The position numbers and the translations under genes are program-made. A model generated the notes under the pieces. That model was not told the DNA's origin, did no database searches, and worked only from the letters and a program-made list of their open reading frames with translations. A DNA stretch of 64,000 nucleotides from Malacoraja senta (lineage: Eukaryota): NCBI GenBank assembly GCA_038087875.1, contig CM075995.1:2792001-2856000 (forward strand). Reading direction: 5' to 3'. Shown here piece after piece: positions 25,707-38,600 of the stretch (the first letter of the stretch is position 1; each line of letters begins with the position of its first letter).

Positions 25707-28700
25707 ATGCGATCGGCCCCAACGTACGCCTCTTCGTCCATGATCGCCATTCCGGCCACCGTTTCCATGGTGGACTCCGGTGCCCATGCCAGTATCCCGC
25801 CTCCAAGCACCCAAGATGTCCGTGCCGGTAATGTGGGACCTGTCCTTTCGGCCGTTAACGGTAGCGATATTCGCACCAACGGCACGCGGACCGCGAAGCT
25901 AAATTTCGACTCCCACCAGTACAGGTGGAAGTTTATCGTTGCTGACGTCGCCCAACCGATCCTGGGGGCCGATTTCTTGCACGCGTTCTCCCCGTTAGTA
26001 GATGTACGGGGTGGTCGCATGATCCCTGCGCCGGGACCATGCCCTACCTAGCCGCGCAACCCGTCAACGCCACTGCAGCAACTCGTCGAGGTAGCTGAGA
26101 TCCAGCAACCTTTCACAGCCCTGCTCGCCGACTTTCCATGGTTGCTCATGCCCCGGTCCACCACATTCCCACCGAGCGTCCACCGGTACATGCCCGCGCG
26201 CGCCGTCTCCCGCACAATAAACTGCGCATCGCACGAGACGAGTTCCAACTTATGGAGGACATGGGAATTGTCCGGCGGTCGGATAGCCTTTGGGCTTCCC
26301 CGTTACACATGGTGCCCAAAGCGTCCGGGGGCTGGAGACCTGGCGGCGATTACAGGCGTTTGAACGCAGTAACTACAGCCGACCAGTATCCAGTCCCGAA
26401 CATCCAGTATTTCTCGGCCCATCTGGAAGGCGCGATCATCTTCTCGAAGGTCGACCTTATCCGAGGGTATAATCAAATCCCCGTCCACCCCGACGACGTC
26501 CCAAAAACGGCCACCATTACCCCTTTCGGCCTTTTCGAGTGGCTCAGAATGCCTTTTGGATTGAAGAACGCTGCCCAAGCGTTCCAGAGGCTAATGGATC
26601 AGGTCGGCCGGGGTTTGCCGTTTATCTTCATCTACCTAGATGACATCCTGGTGGCCAGCCGCTCGCAGGCAGAGCATACCAAGCACCTCCGCCTACTTTT
26701 CGAACGGCTGCACAAACACGGGTTGGTGATCAAGCCCGAGAAGTGCCAGTTCGGTCTGCGCTCCATCTCGTTCCTAGGGCATAGCATCACTTCTCAGGGA
26801 GTGCAACCACTACCCGAGAAGGTCGACGCTATCCATCATTTCCCTAGGCCATTATCGATCAAGGGTCTGCAGGATGGTTAACTTTTACCACCGATTCGTC
26901 CCGTCGACAGCCGCCATCATGCGGCCACTATTCCAATGCCTGGCCGGTAAGCCCAAGGACCTGGTCTGGTCCGAAGAGGCACAGGAGGCGTTCGAGGGGG
27001 CTAAGACCGCATTGGCCAACGCCACTATGCTGGTACACCCTAGGGCTATGGCCCAAACGGCCCTCACCGTGGACGCCTCCGACGTCGCAGTAGGCGCCAT
27101 CCTCGAGCAACGGGTAGGAAATCATTGGGTGCCGTTGGCATTTTTCAGTAGGCAGCTGCAAGCCCCCAGTTAAATACAGCGCTTTCGACAGGGAGCTCCT
27201 TGCACTTTACCTAGCAATCCGTCATTTTCGATATTTCCTGGAGGGACGCGCTTTCACTGCGTTCACCGATCACAAGCCATTAACTTTCGCCTTGTCCAAG
27301 GTTTCCGACCCTTGGTCCACCAGACAGCAACGGCACCTCGCCTATATTTCCGAATTCACGTCTGATATTCGGCATGTGGCAGGTAAGCTGAATGTTGTGG
27401 TCGACGCGTTGTCCCATCCAGCGCTGCCCGAAGTTTCCGCGCTTAGTCTGGGCGTTGATTACGAGGAACTCGCAGCCGCCCAGCGGGCCGATGCCGGTAT
27501 GGAGATTTATCGCAATGCTGAATCAGGACTGAAGCTGGTAAGAGTGCCATGCGGCAACTCCGGCGTGCAAGTCCTTTGTGATATTTCCACCGGTAAAGCC
27601 CGTCCGATTGTCCCGGTCGCTTGGCGTTGTCGGATTTTCGACACCATCCACAGCCTAGCGCACCCGTCCATTCGCGCTACCTCTGCTTTGGTTGCGGCGA
27701 AGTTCATTTGGCACGGGCTAAGGAAGCAGGTCGCTGCATGGGCCCGCTCCTGCATCCCATGCCAGACCCCCAAAGTGCAGAGACATGTACACCCGCCTGT
27801 CCAGGATTTCGCTGTCCCGGACGGCAGGTTCCTGCACATCCATGTAGACCTGGTAGGTCCCTTACCTTGTTCGCGCGGGGCTACCCACTTACTGACTATC
27901 GTTGACAGATTTACCAGGTGGGCGGAGGCAATCACGTTGGTGGATACCTCTGCTGATGCATGCGCGAGGGCCATGGTATCCCATTGGACCGCTCATTTCG
28001 GGGTCCCCTCACACATTACCACCGATAGGGGGGCCCAGTTCACGTCTTCATTGTGGTGTGGTATGGCGCAGCTGTACGGGGCGAAGCTGCACAAGACTAC
28101 CGCTTATCACCCGGAGTCTAACGGGTTAGTTGAGCGGTTCCACCGGCACCTTAAGTCGGCGTTAAAAGCCAGACTCACCGGCCTGGATTGGGTCGACCAG
28201 TTACCTTGGGTCCTCCTTGGCATCAGAACAATTCCTAAGGAGGACCTCAAAGCCTCCTCGGTCGAGTTAGTTTATGGCTCGGATTTGCAGGTTCCAGGGG
28301 ATTTCTTGCCTGTCCCTCCGGACCAGGAGGTCTCAACCTCGCAGTTGTTAGCGGACCTTCGCGAGCCGGCGCGCGCGTTGGTCCCGGTTCCCACTTCCCG
28401 GCATGGTTCGTTTTCGGTGCATGTGCCTACTATGTTACGGGATTGTGCTTATGTTTTTCTCTGTAGAGACGCTCATCGCTCGCCGTTACAGCGGGTGTAC
28501 GAGGGTCTGTACAAGGTGCTCAGTACTGGCGTTTCGACGTTCACGTTGGACATGGGTGGCAATGAGGAATTTGTTTCTGTGAGCCGCTTTAAGCCTGCAC
28601 ACATTGACGAGGAGTGCCCAGTGACAGTGGATACTCCACGGCGTAGAGGACGTCCACCTGCTGTATTGCCGCCCTCTGCACCTGTTTCCTCTGGTCGCGT

Positions 28701-28870
28701 TTCTACGGTTCCCTTTGTTACGCCCGTCCCTCGTTCGCGTTTTTCGCGTGCCCCCGGTCCTGTTGTACCGGTCCCAAATGTTACGCTCGCCCCACGTCCT
28801 TGTACCACGCGTTCCGGTCGTACCGTCCGTTTACCCGCGCGTTTCCATACGGCAGATTCTGGCGGGGGCC
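25707..28870 (+). pseudogene. Gypsy pol: protease, RT, RNase H, integrase (frameshifted)
   Basis: VDSGA (PR); MPFGLKNA..YLDD (RT); VDASD (RH); H..AHP..C..C, HVDLVGP, TDRG, SNGLVER (IN). Confidence 0.95.
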
Positions 28871-28871
28871 A

Positions 28872-29090
28872 TGTAGTGGCGCCTGCTAGCGCATGCAGAT
28901 ATCTAACCCGGCGTTCGGAAGCCGCGGTCACGTGCTTCGGAAGGGGCTGTTGTTTTCGCACGTTTTTTCCTTTGCGAGCGTTAGTTCAGCGCTCGTGGCC
29001 AGACGAGTCTGTTAAACCTCTATGCTGCGACTTGAACTTTCGAATAAAGTATTGTTGAAAACTCCAGGAGTCGTTTATCAGACCACTAAA
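28872..29090 (+). repeat. 3' LTR (219 bp)
   Basis: tgtagtggcgcc...accactaaa. Confidence 0.95.
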
Positions 29091-29437
29091 CCATTATCTT
29101 TCTTCACTGATTCTTGATTAGTACGGGTGTCAGGGGTTATGGGGAGAAGCAGGAGAATGGGGTTGGGAGGGAGAGCTAGATCAGCCACAATTTGAATGGC
29201 GGAGTAGACTTGATGGGCCAAATGGCCTAGTTCTGCTCCTATCCCTCATGAACTTATGAACTTTTGAACTCAGCGTGTCAGGCAGCATTTCGGGAGACAA
29301 GGAAATGGGTGACATTTTGGGTCTGAAGAAGGGTTCCATCGTGAAACATCACCTATTCCTTTTCTCCAGAGATGCTGTCTGACCTGCTGAGTTACTCCAG
29401 CAATTTGTGTTAACATTGTGTATTTATTTACTCAGAT

Positions 29438-29890
29438 TCATAGAATCACAGAGTCATACAGCACGGAAACAGCCCCTTCAGCCCAACTCTTCCACGTCGA
29501 CCAAGATGTCCCATCTAAGCTGGTCCCATTTGCTCCCATTTGGCCCATATCCCACTTAATCTTTCCTATCGATTTACCTGTCTGCGTCTTTTCAATATTG
29601 TTGTAGTACCTGCCTCAACTGCAGCTCATTCCATGTACCCACCACCCTCTGAGTGAAAAAGTTGCCCCTCAGGTTCTGATTAAATCTTTCCCATCACACC
29701 TTATGTCCTCTGGTTCTTGTTTCCCATACCCTGGGTAAAAGACTGTACATTCACCTATCTATTCCCATCATGATCTTATACACCTCTATAACATCACCCT
29801 TCTGCCTCCTACGTTTGAAGGAAGAAAGTCCTAGCCTGCCCAACCCCTCCCTATAGCTCAGAGCCTCAAGTCCTGCAACATCCTCGTATA
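29438..29890 (-). mobile_element. CR1 3' fragment
   Basis: Homologous to 3880-4400. Confidence 0.8.
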
Positions 29891-30130
29891 TTTCGTCACT
29901 CTACTTAATTCTGCTCTCCCCAAAATATCTCCCCTGTTGCCCTGTCTTTATGCTTTTTCTCTAAGGCCTTATACCTACCTGTTCATTTTTCTTCCCTCTA
30001 TCCCTTGAGCCTCTCCCTTGATAGTGTTTAGTTTAGATTATTGTCACGTGTATGGAGGTACAATGAAAAGCTTTTGTTGCATGCTGACCAGTCAGCAGAA
30101 AGACAATACATGATTACAATCAATCCATTT

Positions 30131-31231
30131 TGGACGAGGCAATGCAGATAAAAGCGGAATCAGCAAACTTAATATCATATTTGTATAATATTATTTTAAA
30201 TGTACAAATACCACCTACGGAGGGTATCAGAAGAGACTGGGAACAAGAGTTAGCTATTAAAATTTCAAAGGAAAGTTGGAATGAATACTTATTAAACGTG
30301 CATAAATGCTCGATTAATGTAAGACACACTTTAATACAATTTAAAATTTTACATAGATTATATTATTCGAAAACTAAAATTCATAAAATTTTCCCAAACG
30401 TATCATCTATTTGTGATAAATGTCAATCCCAAGAAGCAACTATAGCGCACTCATTTGTCTTCTGTACAAAAATTCAAAAATTTTGGAATGAAATTTTTGA
30501 AATCTTTACAAAGTTATTTAAAACAAGACTGATACCCAAAGCAGAATGGATTATCTTCGGAATAACGGAAGATGATCCAGAACTAAATGTGTTTCAAAAG
30601 AAATTAATGGACTATGGGTTAATAACTGGAAAAAAGCTAATTCTAAAATTTTGGAAGAAGGCTCCAATACCAACTATAAATATGTGGATTTCAAATATGT
30701 TTGAAACATTACACCTAGAAGAGATAAGACTCCTCCTAGCAGGTAAACCAGATCACTTCCACCTGACGTGGTCTGCATTTATAGAATTATTACAAACATA
30801 GGGTGCAAAAGTACTTTAAAAAAATAAAAAATTGAGGTCAGGTAAGGGGGGATGATAGTTGAAGAGTTGGTATGTCCTATTTACGTGATGCTCAAAAAAA
30901 AACATTTGTTTCTCTTTTTTTCTCTTTCTCTTTTCTTTTCTTAGGGCCTATTTCTTAACTCTTTTTCTTTTTGTTTTTAATTTCGCTCTTATAGGGTCTT
31001 CGTCCTTTTTTGTTGTTACATTTTCTACACTTTTCTACACTTGCACTTTTCTACACTTGCACTTTTTCCTTCACTTTCTTCTTTCTTTCAATCTTTTCTT
31101 TTTCTAGTGTAAAAAAAAATAAAGGGAGTACATTAATTGTAAGAAGATATAAATGACGAGTATTAATGTATGTGGTTGTAATGTAATGTACTTCTAATAA
31201 ATAAAAATTAAAAAAAAAAACTAAAAAAAAA
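30131..31231 (+). mobile_element. 5'-truncated L1/Tx1-clade LINE (ORF2 C-terminus, T-rich 3'UTR, poly-A), 15-bp TSD
   Basis: IQFKILHRLYY..CDKCQSQEATIAHSFVFC zinc motif; aataaa + poly-A; TSD acaatcaatccattt at 30116-30130 and 31232-31246. Confidence 0.92.
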
Positions 31232-32000
31232 ACAATCAATCCATTTACAGTGTATAGATACATGATGAGTGAATAACGTTTAGTGCAAGGTTAAACCAGC
31301 AAAGTACGATCAACGATAGTCCGAGGGTCATCAAAAAGGTAGATAGTAGTTCAGCACTGCTCTCTGCTTATGGTAGGACTGACTCAGTTGCCTGATAACA
31401 GCTGGGAAGAAACTGTCCCCGAATCTGGAGGTGTGCGTTTTCACACTTCTATACCTTTTGACTGATGGGAGGGTGGAGAATAGGGAGTGGCCAGGGTGCG
31501 ACTGGTCTTTGACAATAGACAATAGACAATAGACAATAGACAATAGGTGCAGAGTAGGCCATCGGCCCTTCGAGCCAGCACCGCCATTCGGCCCTTCGAG
31601 CCCATGATCAGGGCTGATCATCCACAATCAGTACCCCGTTCCTGCCTTCTCCACATATCCCTTGACTCCGCTATCTTCAAGAGCTCTATCTAACTCTCTT
31701 GAAAGCATCCAGAGAATCGACCCCCACTGCCTTCTGAGGCAGAGAATTCCACAGATTCACAACTCTCTGGGTGAAAAATTATGCTACTGGCCTTGCCGAG
31801 GCAGCGTGAGATATAAATGGAGTCAATAGAAGGGAAGGGAGGTTGGTTTGTGTGATAGCCTGTGTTGTGTCCACAATTCATTGCAATATATTTGCAGTGT
31901 TGGATGGATCCGTTCCCAAACCAATCTGTGATGCGTCCTGACAACATGCTTTCTACGGTGCATCTGGAGAAATTGTTGAGTTTTGTAGGGGACATGCCAA
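31232..32000 (-). mobile_element. Rex1-type LINE fragment (host of the L1 insertion, starts about 30025) with a nested CR1 tail
   Basis: RCTVESMLSGRITDWFGN; KTHTSRFGDSFFPAVIRQL. Confidence 0.75.
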
Positions 32001-32324
32001 ACTAGGGTTAACAATGCTCCAAGCCTGGTGTCCCTTGGATGGTAAACACATCTCTGCTGATGCAGCAACTAAAAATGCCAAGAGCAGGGTTATTCACAAA
32101 CTATTTGGTGGTGCGCATATTTATGAACTCTGTAATTAAATTGTAAGAAAAATCCTGATCAAAAAAAGAACTCTTTAAATGCTGGCAATGGCCTTCAGAA
32201 TATTTGATTGAGAACAGCTGGACACATCCAGTAATGACAAGCTATATACATCGGGTTGCCCAACATCCCGCCAGTGAAATTCAACCATGCACATAAGACC
32301 CACAGACAGCATGTGTCTTATGCT

Positions 32325-33215
32325 GTGGAGAGGATGTTTCCACGAGTGGGAGAGTCTAGGACTAGAGATCATAGCCTCAGAATTAAAGGACGTTATTTTT
32401 GGAAGGAGATGAGGAGAAATTTACAAGGTAGGTTTACGCATAGGTTTACAAGGTTAATTCCCGGGATGGCGGGACTGTCATATGCTGAGAGAATGGAGCA
32501 GCTGGGCTTGTAAACTCTGGAGTTTAGAAGGATGAGAGGGTATCTCATTGAAACATATAAGATTGTTAAGGGTTTGGACACGCTAGAGGCAGGAAACATG
32601 TTCCCGATGTTGGGGGAGTCCAGAACCAGGGGCCACAGTTTAAGGATAAGGAGTAGCCATTTAGAACGGAGACGAGGAAATATTTTTTCTCACAGAGAGT
32701 GGTGAGTCTGTGGAATTCTCTGCCTCAGAGGGTGGTGGAGGCGGGTTCTCTGGATACTTTCAAGAGAGAGCTAGATAGAGCTCTTAAAGATAGCGGTGTC
32801 AGGGGATATGGGGAGAAGGCAGGAACGGGGTACTGATTGGGGATGATCTGGCATGATCACATTGAATGGCGGTGCTGGCTCGAAGGACCGAATGGCCTAC
32901 TCCTGCACCTATTGTCTATTGTCTATTGTCTATTGTCTATTGTCTATTGAAATTTCTTTAGTCAGAGGGTGATGAATCCGTGGAATTCTTTGCCACGGAA
33001 GGCTTGAAGGTCAAGTCAGTGAATATTTTTAAGGCAGAGATAGACAGATTCTTGATAGTGCGGGTGTCAGGGGTTATGGGGAGAAGGCAGGAAAATGGGG
33101 TTGGGGGGGAGAGATAGATCAGCCATGATTGAATGGTGGAGTCGACATGATGGGCCAAATGGCCTAATTCTACTCCTATCTTATGACCTTATGAACTACA
33201 CTTATGACCTTATAT
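32325..33215 (+). mobile_element. Nested CR1 3' fragments
   Basis: FTRLIPGMAGLSYAERM; (ctattgt)n tail. Confidence 0.88.
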
Positions 33216-33217
33216 CT

Positions 33218-34066
33218 GAGTAAGTCTGAGGTCATCCATCTCGGCCCCTCGGACTCAATCAAAATGATAGCAGGCAGCCTTGGAAGCCTTACCCCACTAC
33301 TCAAACCTCATGTCAAAAACCTTGGCGTGATATTTGACTCAGCACTGAAATTTGACAAACAGGTCAATGCCGTGGTAAAAGCTAGCTTCTTTCAGCTTCG
33401 GACGATAGCTAAAATAAAACAATTCCTCCACTTTGATGACCTCGAAAAGATCATCCACACATTTATCTCCTCCCGCCTAGATTACTGCAACTCCCTTTAC
33501 ACTGGCATCAGCCAATCTTCCCTGTCCCGCCTGCAACTGGTCCAAAACGCCGCAGCGAGACTCCTGACGGGCACCCGAAAAAGGGACCACATCACCCCGA
33601 TCCTGGCCTCTCTCCACTGGCTCCCTGTGCGGTTCCGTATACATTTCAAGATCCTCCTCTATGTCTACAAAGCCCTCAATGGGCTTGCCCCCACCTACAT
33701 TAAAAGTCTTCTCACCCACCACTCCACCTCCAGGTCCCTCAGATCGGTCGACTTGGGGTTGCTGAATATCCCGCGGTCTAGGCATAAGCTCAGGGGCGAC
33801 CGCGCCTTTGCGGTTGCAGCTCCTAGACTGTGGAACAGCATCCCCCTTCCCATCAGAACTGCTCCCTCCATCGACTCCTTTAAGTCAAGACTAAAAACTT
33901 ATCTATACTCCCAAGCCTTTCTTGACGTCCTCTGAGCGAGGGCTATATGTATATATGTATGTAGTTTGTTTGTTTATATTATTCTTATAACAAATGTAAA
34001 GCACTTTGGCCAACGAGAGTTGTTTTTTAAATGTGCTATATAAATAAATGTGACTTGACTTGACTT
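33218..34066 (+). mobile_element. L2 LINE 3' fragment, copy 1
   Basis: VKNLGVIFDS..SRLDYCNSL..LQLVQNAAARLL..LHWLPV; (tgact)n tail. Confidence 0.93.
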
Positions 34067-34227
34067 GACCCGAAACATCACCCATTCCTTCTCTCAAGGG
34101 ATGCTGCCTTGATTTGACTTGTGTAGAGAAGTACGTCTTGAATGGAGGATTGAGATCAGCTTCGCCAGTTCTTAAAGCCAATAGACAATAGACAAAGGAC
34201 TTGAATTACCTGGGCCAGTGCGAAGGG

Positions 34228-34905
34228 TGCAGGTGGAGCAGCGGTAGAGTTGCTACCTTACAGCGCCATAGACCCGGGTTCAGTCCTCACTACAGGTGCT
34301 TGTCTGTATGGTGTTTGTACGTCCTCCCCGTGACCTGCATGGGTTTTCCCTGGGATCTCCGGTGTCCTCCCACACTCTAAGGACCCTATAGGTTTGTAGG
34401 TTGATTGGCTTGGTAAAAACTGTCCTTAGTGTGTGTAGGATAGTGCAAGGGTGCTGGGATCGCTGGTCGGCGTGGACACGGTGTGCCAAAGGGCCTGTTT
34501 CTCCGCTGTATCTCTGAACTAACCTAAACTAAGTCCAGTTGGTTCAGCTTCTTCTAAGTATAAACTCACGAGGGGAACAGATAGCGTGAATGTACAGAGT
34601 CTTCGACCCAGGGTTGGAGAATCAAAGAGAGGAGAACATATGTGTCAGGTGAAAGAGGCAAGATTTAATATGAAGCTGAAGAGAAACTTTTTCACACAGA
34701 GGGAGGTGGGTATATGGAATTTGCTGTCAGAGGAGGTGGTTGAGGTAGGTGCTACAATAACATTTAAAAGATATTTGGACAGGAACATGGATAGGGTAGG
34801 TTTAGAGGGCAAATTGACCTTCACTAGCTTAGATGGGGCATCTTGGCTGGCATGGACGAATTGGGCCAAAGGGCCTGTTTCTGTGCTAAATGACTCTATG
34901 ACTAT
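34228..34905 (+). mobile_element. tRNA-derived SINE (34228-34530) followed by a CR1 3' fragment
   Basis: A/B boxes; RNFFTQREVGIWNLL. Confidence 0.8.
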
Positions 34906-34957
34906 GAGAAGAATGGGGGAAACCAAGGTTCCCTGGGTTCCACTCTCCCATCATAGA

Positions 34958-35617
34958 TGAGGCCCTCACTCATGTCTCCTCGGTACCCCGCAGCTCCGCC
35001 CTTGCTCCCCCTCCCCCTAGTCGCAACAGAGACAGAGCCCCCCTAGTCATTACCTTTCACCCCATCAGCTGTCGCATACAACACATAATCCTCCGACATT
35101 TTCGCCACCTCCAACAGGATCCCACAACTAGTCACATTTTCCCATCTCCACCCCTTTCCGCCTTCTGCAGAGACCATTCCCTCAGCAACTCCCTGGTTAA
35201 CTCATCCCTTCCCACCCAAACCACTCCCCTCCCCAGGTACCTTCCCCTGCAACACCTGTCGCTATACCTCCTCCCTTGACTCTGTCCAGGGACCCCGACA
35301 GTTCTTTCAGGTTAGGCAGAGGTTCACTTGCACCTCCTCCAACCTCATCTACTGTATCTGTTGTTCAAGATGTGGACTCTTATGCATCGGCGAGACCAAA
35401 CGTTGACTGGGCGATCGTTTCGCGGAACACCTTCGCTCAGTCCGCCTGAACCTACCTGATCTCCCGGTTGCTAAACACTTTAATTGTCCTTCCCATTCCC
35501 ACACAGACCTTTCTGTCCTAGGTCTCCTCGATTGTCAGAATGAGGCTAAATGCAAATTGGAAGAACAGCATCTCATATTTTGCTTGGGCAGCTTACAGCC
35601 CAGTGATATGAATTTTG
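34958..35617 (+). mobile_element. Penelope-like element, GIY-YIG endonuclease region (continues at 40377-40570 after the DIRS insertion)
   Basis: FTCTSSNLIYCICCSRCGLLCIGETKR*LGDRFAEHLR...PVAKHFN...EEQHLIF. Confidence 0.85.
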
Positions 35618-38600
35618 ATTTTACTTCGGAGTCACGTGCGTGACTACGTGAAGAAGACCCGTCAGGGCGCCTGCACGTCATTACGTCAGACGCATTGGCG
35701 CGAACGGACGTGAGGAGCAGCGCTCCTCTAGTGGAAATGTAGTTGTAAACTACAAGGTAAGTAAAAACCTTTTTTCAATAGTTTCCAGGTCCGTTTGCTA
35801 TGGGTCTGTGGGGATTTTTCCACAGGTGCCATGGAAAAAACGGGCAAGGGGAAGAGGCAAGCGGCAAAGCCGGTGGAAAGTCGCAAGATTGCGGTCGGCG
35901 AACAGCTGCCTCAGACCCCAGTACAGTCGCCGGCTGGGAGCGTAGCGACTGTGGACTTGGGGTTGAAAAGAACTCAGTCAGCGCCAGTGGGGTGCAAGGC
36001 TAAATTCAAGTCCATGAGGCCCACGGAGGGGAGTCCGATCAGGAGGATGCGACTCCAGGGCTGGATACCGCTTTTGAGCGGATTGCTCAGATGGAAAGCC
36101 TGTTACACAGGTTACTGGAGAAAAGCATACTCAGGGAGAGTGTAGCCAAAGCCAGGCTCCAGAAGCCAGGTCAGCAGCACCTAGCAAAGGGCTGTTTGAG
36201 AGCACCGTCATTGATGAGGCGCGTGCACAGGGTCAGCAGAGTTTTCCAAAACAAGCGAAGACGGCAGCTGCCAGATGGTCTATTTCTGGCAGTACGATTC
36301 GCTGCTTTGTGAGAGTTCTGACCCTGAGTCTGACGGGGAGGCCGATACAAGCAAAGACGGCAGCTGCCAGATGTTTACTCCTGGCAGTACGATTCGCTGC
36401 CCCGTCAGAGTCAGGAGAGCCACTGGGAAAGGAAGTGGCCTTTACGATCAACTATTGTGTCTTCCATCAGCTCTAGTAGCTTATGATGGATGAAAATGCC
36501 CAAAAAGCACGAGACCCCAAGGAACTGCGTATTGCTGAAAGTACTAGCAGTGAACCAAGATATAAGGGGTCAGAAAGGCGAGGGCATGTGAGCCTAAGAA
36601 AAGTAAAATGCAGAGAATATTAAAGCTGCTGGGTTGATCAACAACTGCAATTTTGCAAAAACAATGGATGGAGGCCAGGGATGGAGATGCATCAAGTGGC
36701 ACTAGGGTTGCTATGTAGCGCCCACTTCGAGATGAATTGTTTCAGGAAGTATGCCATTCGGTCCACCATCAACCCCAAGTTGCAGCAACTCTGTAAAGCC
36801 CAGCAATGTGCAGTCACTCAACTTACTCTTCAGAGAAAAAACCTCACGAAACGTGGGAAAGAGTTGGATGATGAGGCAAAAACAGCAAGGTTGATCAAAA
36901 CATCGATGGTCGGCAAGACTGCAAAGAGGAGGTATCCTTTCAGACATCATACAAAATTCTGGGCCTACACCTGGAACAAATCGACCATTGAAGCAGGGGC
37001 GCAGTTGGTGTCCTGCAGCGGGAAAATGAAAAAGCGTGGGTGTTTCCTGCCAGGAGCCAGGGACCACAGGTCACTCAGGTGACAAAGTAGATAGGTGGAC
37101 CTGGTTCTCATGGGAACATATTAAGGCAAAAACAGCCAAATATTGGAAGCAAATTACTTCAGATTTATTATTCTGAGTATTATTCAAAGGTTTCGAATTG
37201 ATTCGATCCAAATAGTGATTTGCCATCCAGCATGTTCCAAGCAGAACACTCCAATTTAACAAAAAGAAGTGATGGAGGTTCAAGCTGAATTGAAAACTTG
37301 TCTATAAACAAGTAATTGAAAGGTCGGTTTATCAAAACCACCAAATTGTGTTTAAAATTTCTCGACTGAAAAAGGTGAGGAGTATTTTAGATCTGACAAG
37401 TCTTTAAAATGTTGTGAAGTATAGACACTTCAAAATGGAGACTTTGAGACTGCCAAACAACTTCTTTTAAAATACGTTATATGGCACCTATAGATCTGAA
37501 AGATGTATATTACTTAGTGTCTGTTCATTTGTAAGATTAAAATATTTGAAATTTATCTGAATGAACAATTATGGCAATTCAAAGTTCTGTCTAATGGGTT
37601 AACTTCAGTTCCTAGAATTTCACTAAATTGGTAAAACCAATTTTTGGGGCTAATTAGAGTCCAATTAGGATGAACAAGAGAGTTATTTCTCTCAATTGTT
37701 CAATCCACTTTTGAAATTTTGGGTTTAATTCATCCAGAGAGAAATTAAGGTTAACGCCACTTACAACAATTGATTATTTTAATTTCACAATTGATTCAAT
37801 TGACAGGGTAGTAATTTACCCAGGGTAAAGGGTAGAGCTGATTGATGGTTGCATTAAGCTGTTGGAAAAGCAACAATCTTCAATTAAGATAGGTGGCCAG
37901 CTTGCTAGGAAAATTAGTGTTATTTCCAGCAATATAATATGGGCCATTGTACTACCAGCAGCTACAGACTGCAAAAAGAAAAGGCACATTTTACCAGGCC
38001 ATTTTTGATAGGCCATGCAGTTAAACAACAAATGCTCCTTCTGATTGTAGTGGTGGATTTAACATGTCTCCAGTAGTTCAAGCAAGATACTGATTGAACA
38101 GCCTTCCATGGTCTTACAGACTGATGTCAGTGCACTAGGATTGGTGCCACTGAAAAGGTATCCATCTGTGGACAGATGGAATATGGAAGAAGCATTATTT
38201 TTGCAGACATGGAGAATCGACATTTTACAGCTATTGGAAGGCTTATGAGCTCCAAGCTTGTTGTTAATACAACTAATCTGCATGTTCAGCTTCAAATTAA
38301 CAACACTACAGCAATGGCATGTATTAATTGTATGGGTGGAATTAAGTTGGTGTCATATGACAAATTGGCTAATCAAATCTGGACTTGGTGTGTTGACATA
38401 TATTTTGTTTCAGCTATTTATCTACCAGGTAGATTCAATATAGTAGCAGACACCAGGTTACGGGAATTTCCATGACAACAAAGAATGGATGTCGAACCGT
38501 AAGATTTTAATGATATAGTAGTCAGATTTTTGAAGCCAGATACGACTTGTTTCCATCCAGACTCAATCACCAGTTACAGAGATATGTGTTATGGGATCTA

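Larger units (their letters stand above)
24722..29090 (+). mobile_element. Full-length Ty3/Gypsy LTR retrotransposon (no env), 4-bp TSD CCAT
   Basis: LTRs at 24722-24947 and 28872-29090; TSD ccat at 24718-24721 and 29091-29094; PBS; purine-rich tract ggcgggggcca; gag-PR-RT-RH-IN order. Confidence 0.97.

Noticed and set aside
28640..28870. Possible env or chromodomain after the Gypsy integrase
   Set aside because: Only a Pro/Arg-rich low-complexity tail (TRSGR motif) precedes the PPT.
36250..36400. About 54-bp direct duplication inside DIRS copy 2
   Set aside because: Real, but most simply a local tandem duplication in decayed gag with no evidence of function.
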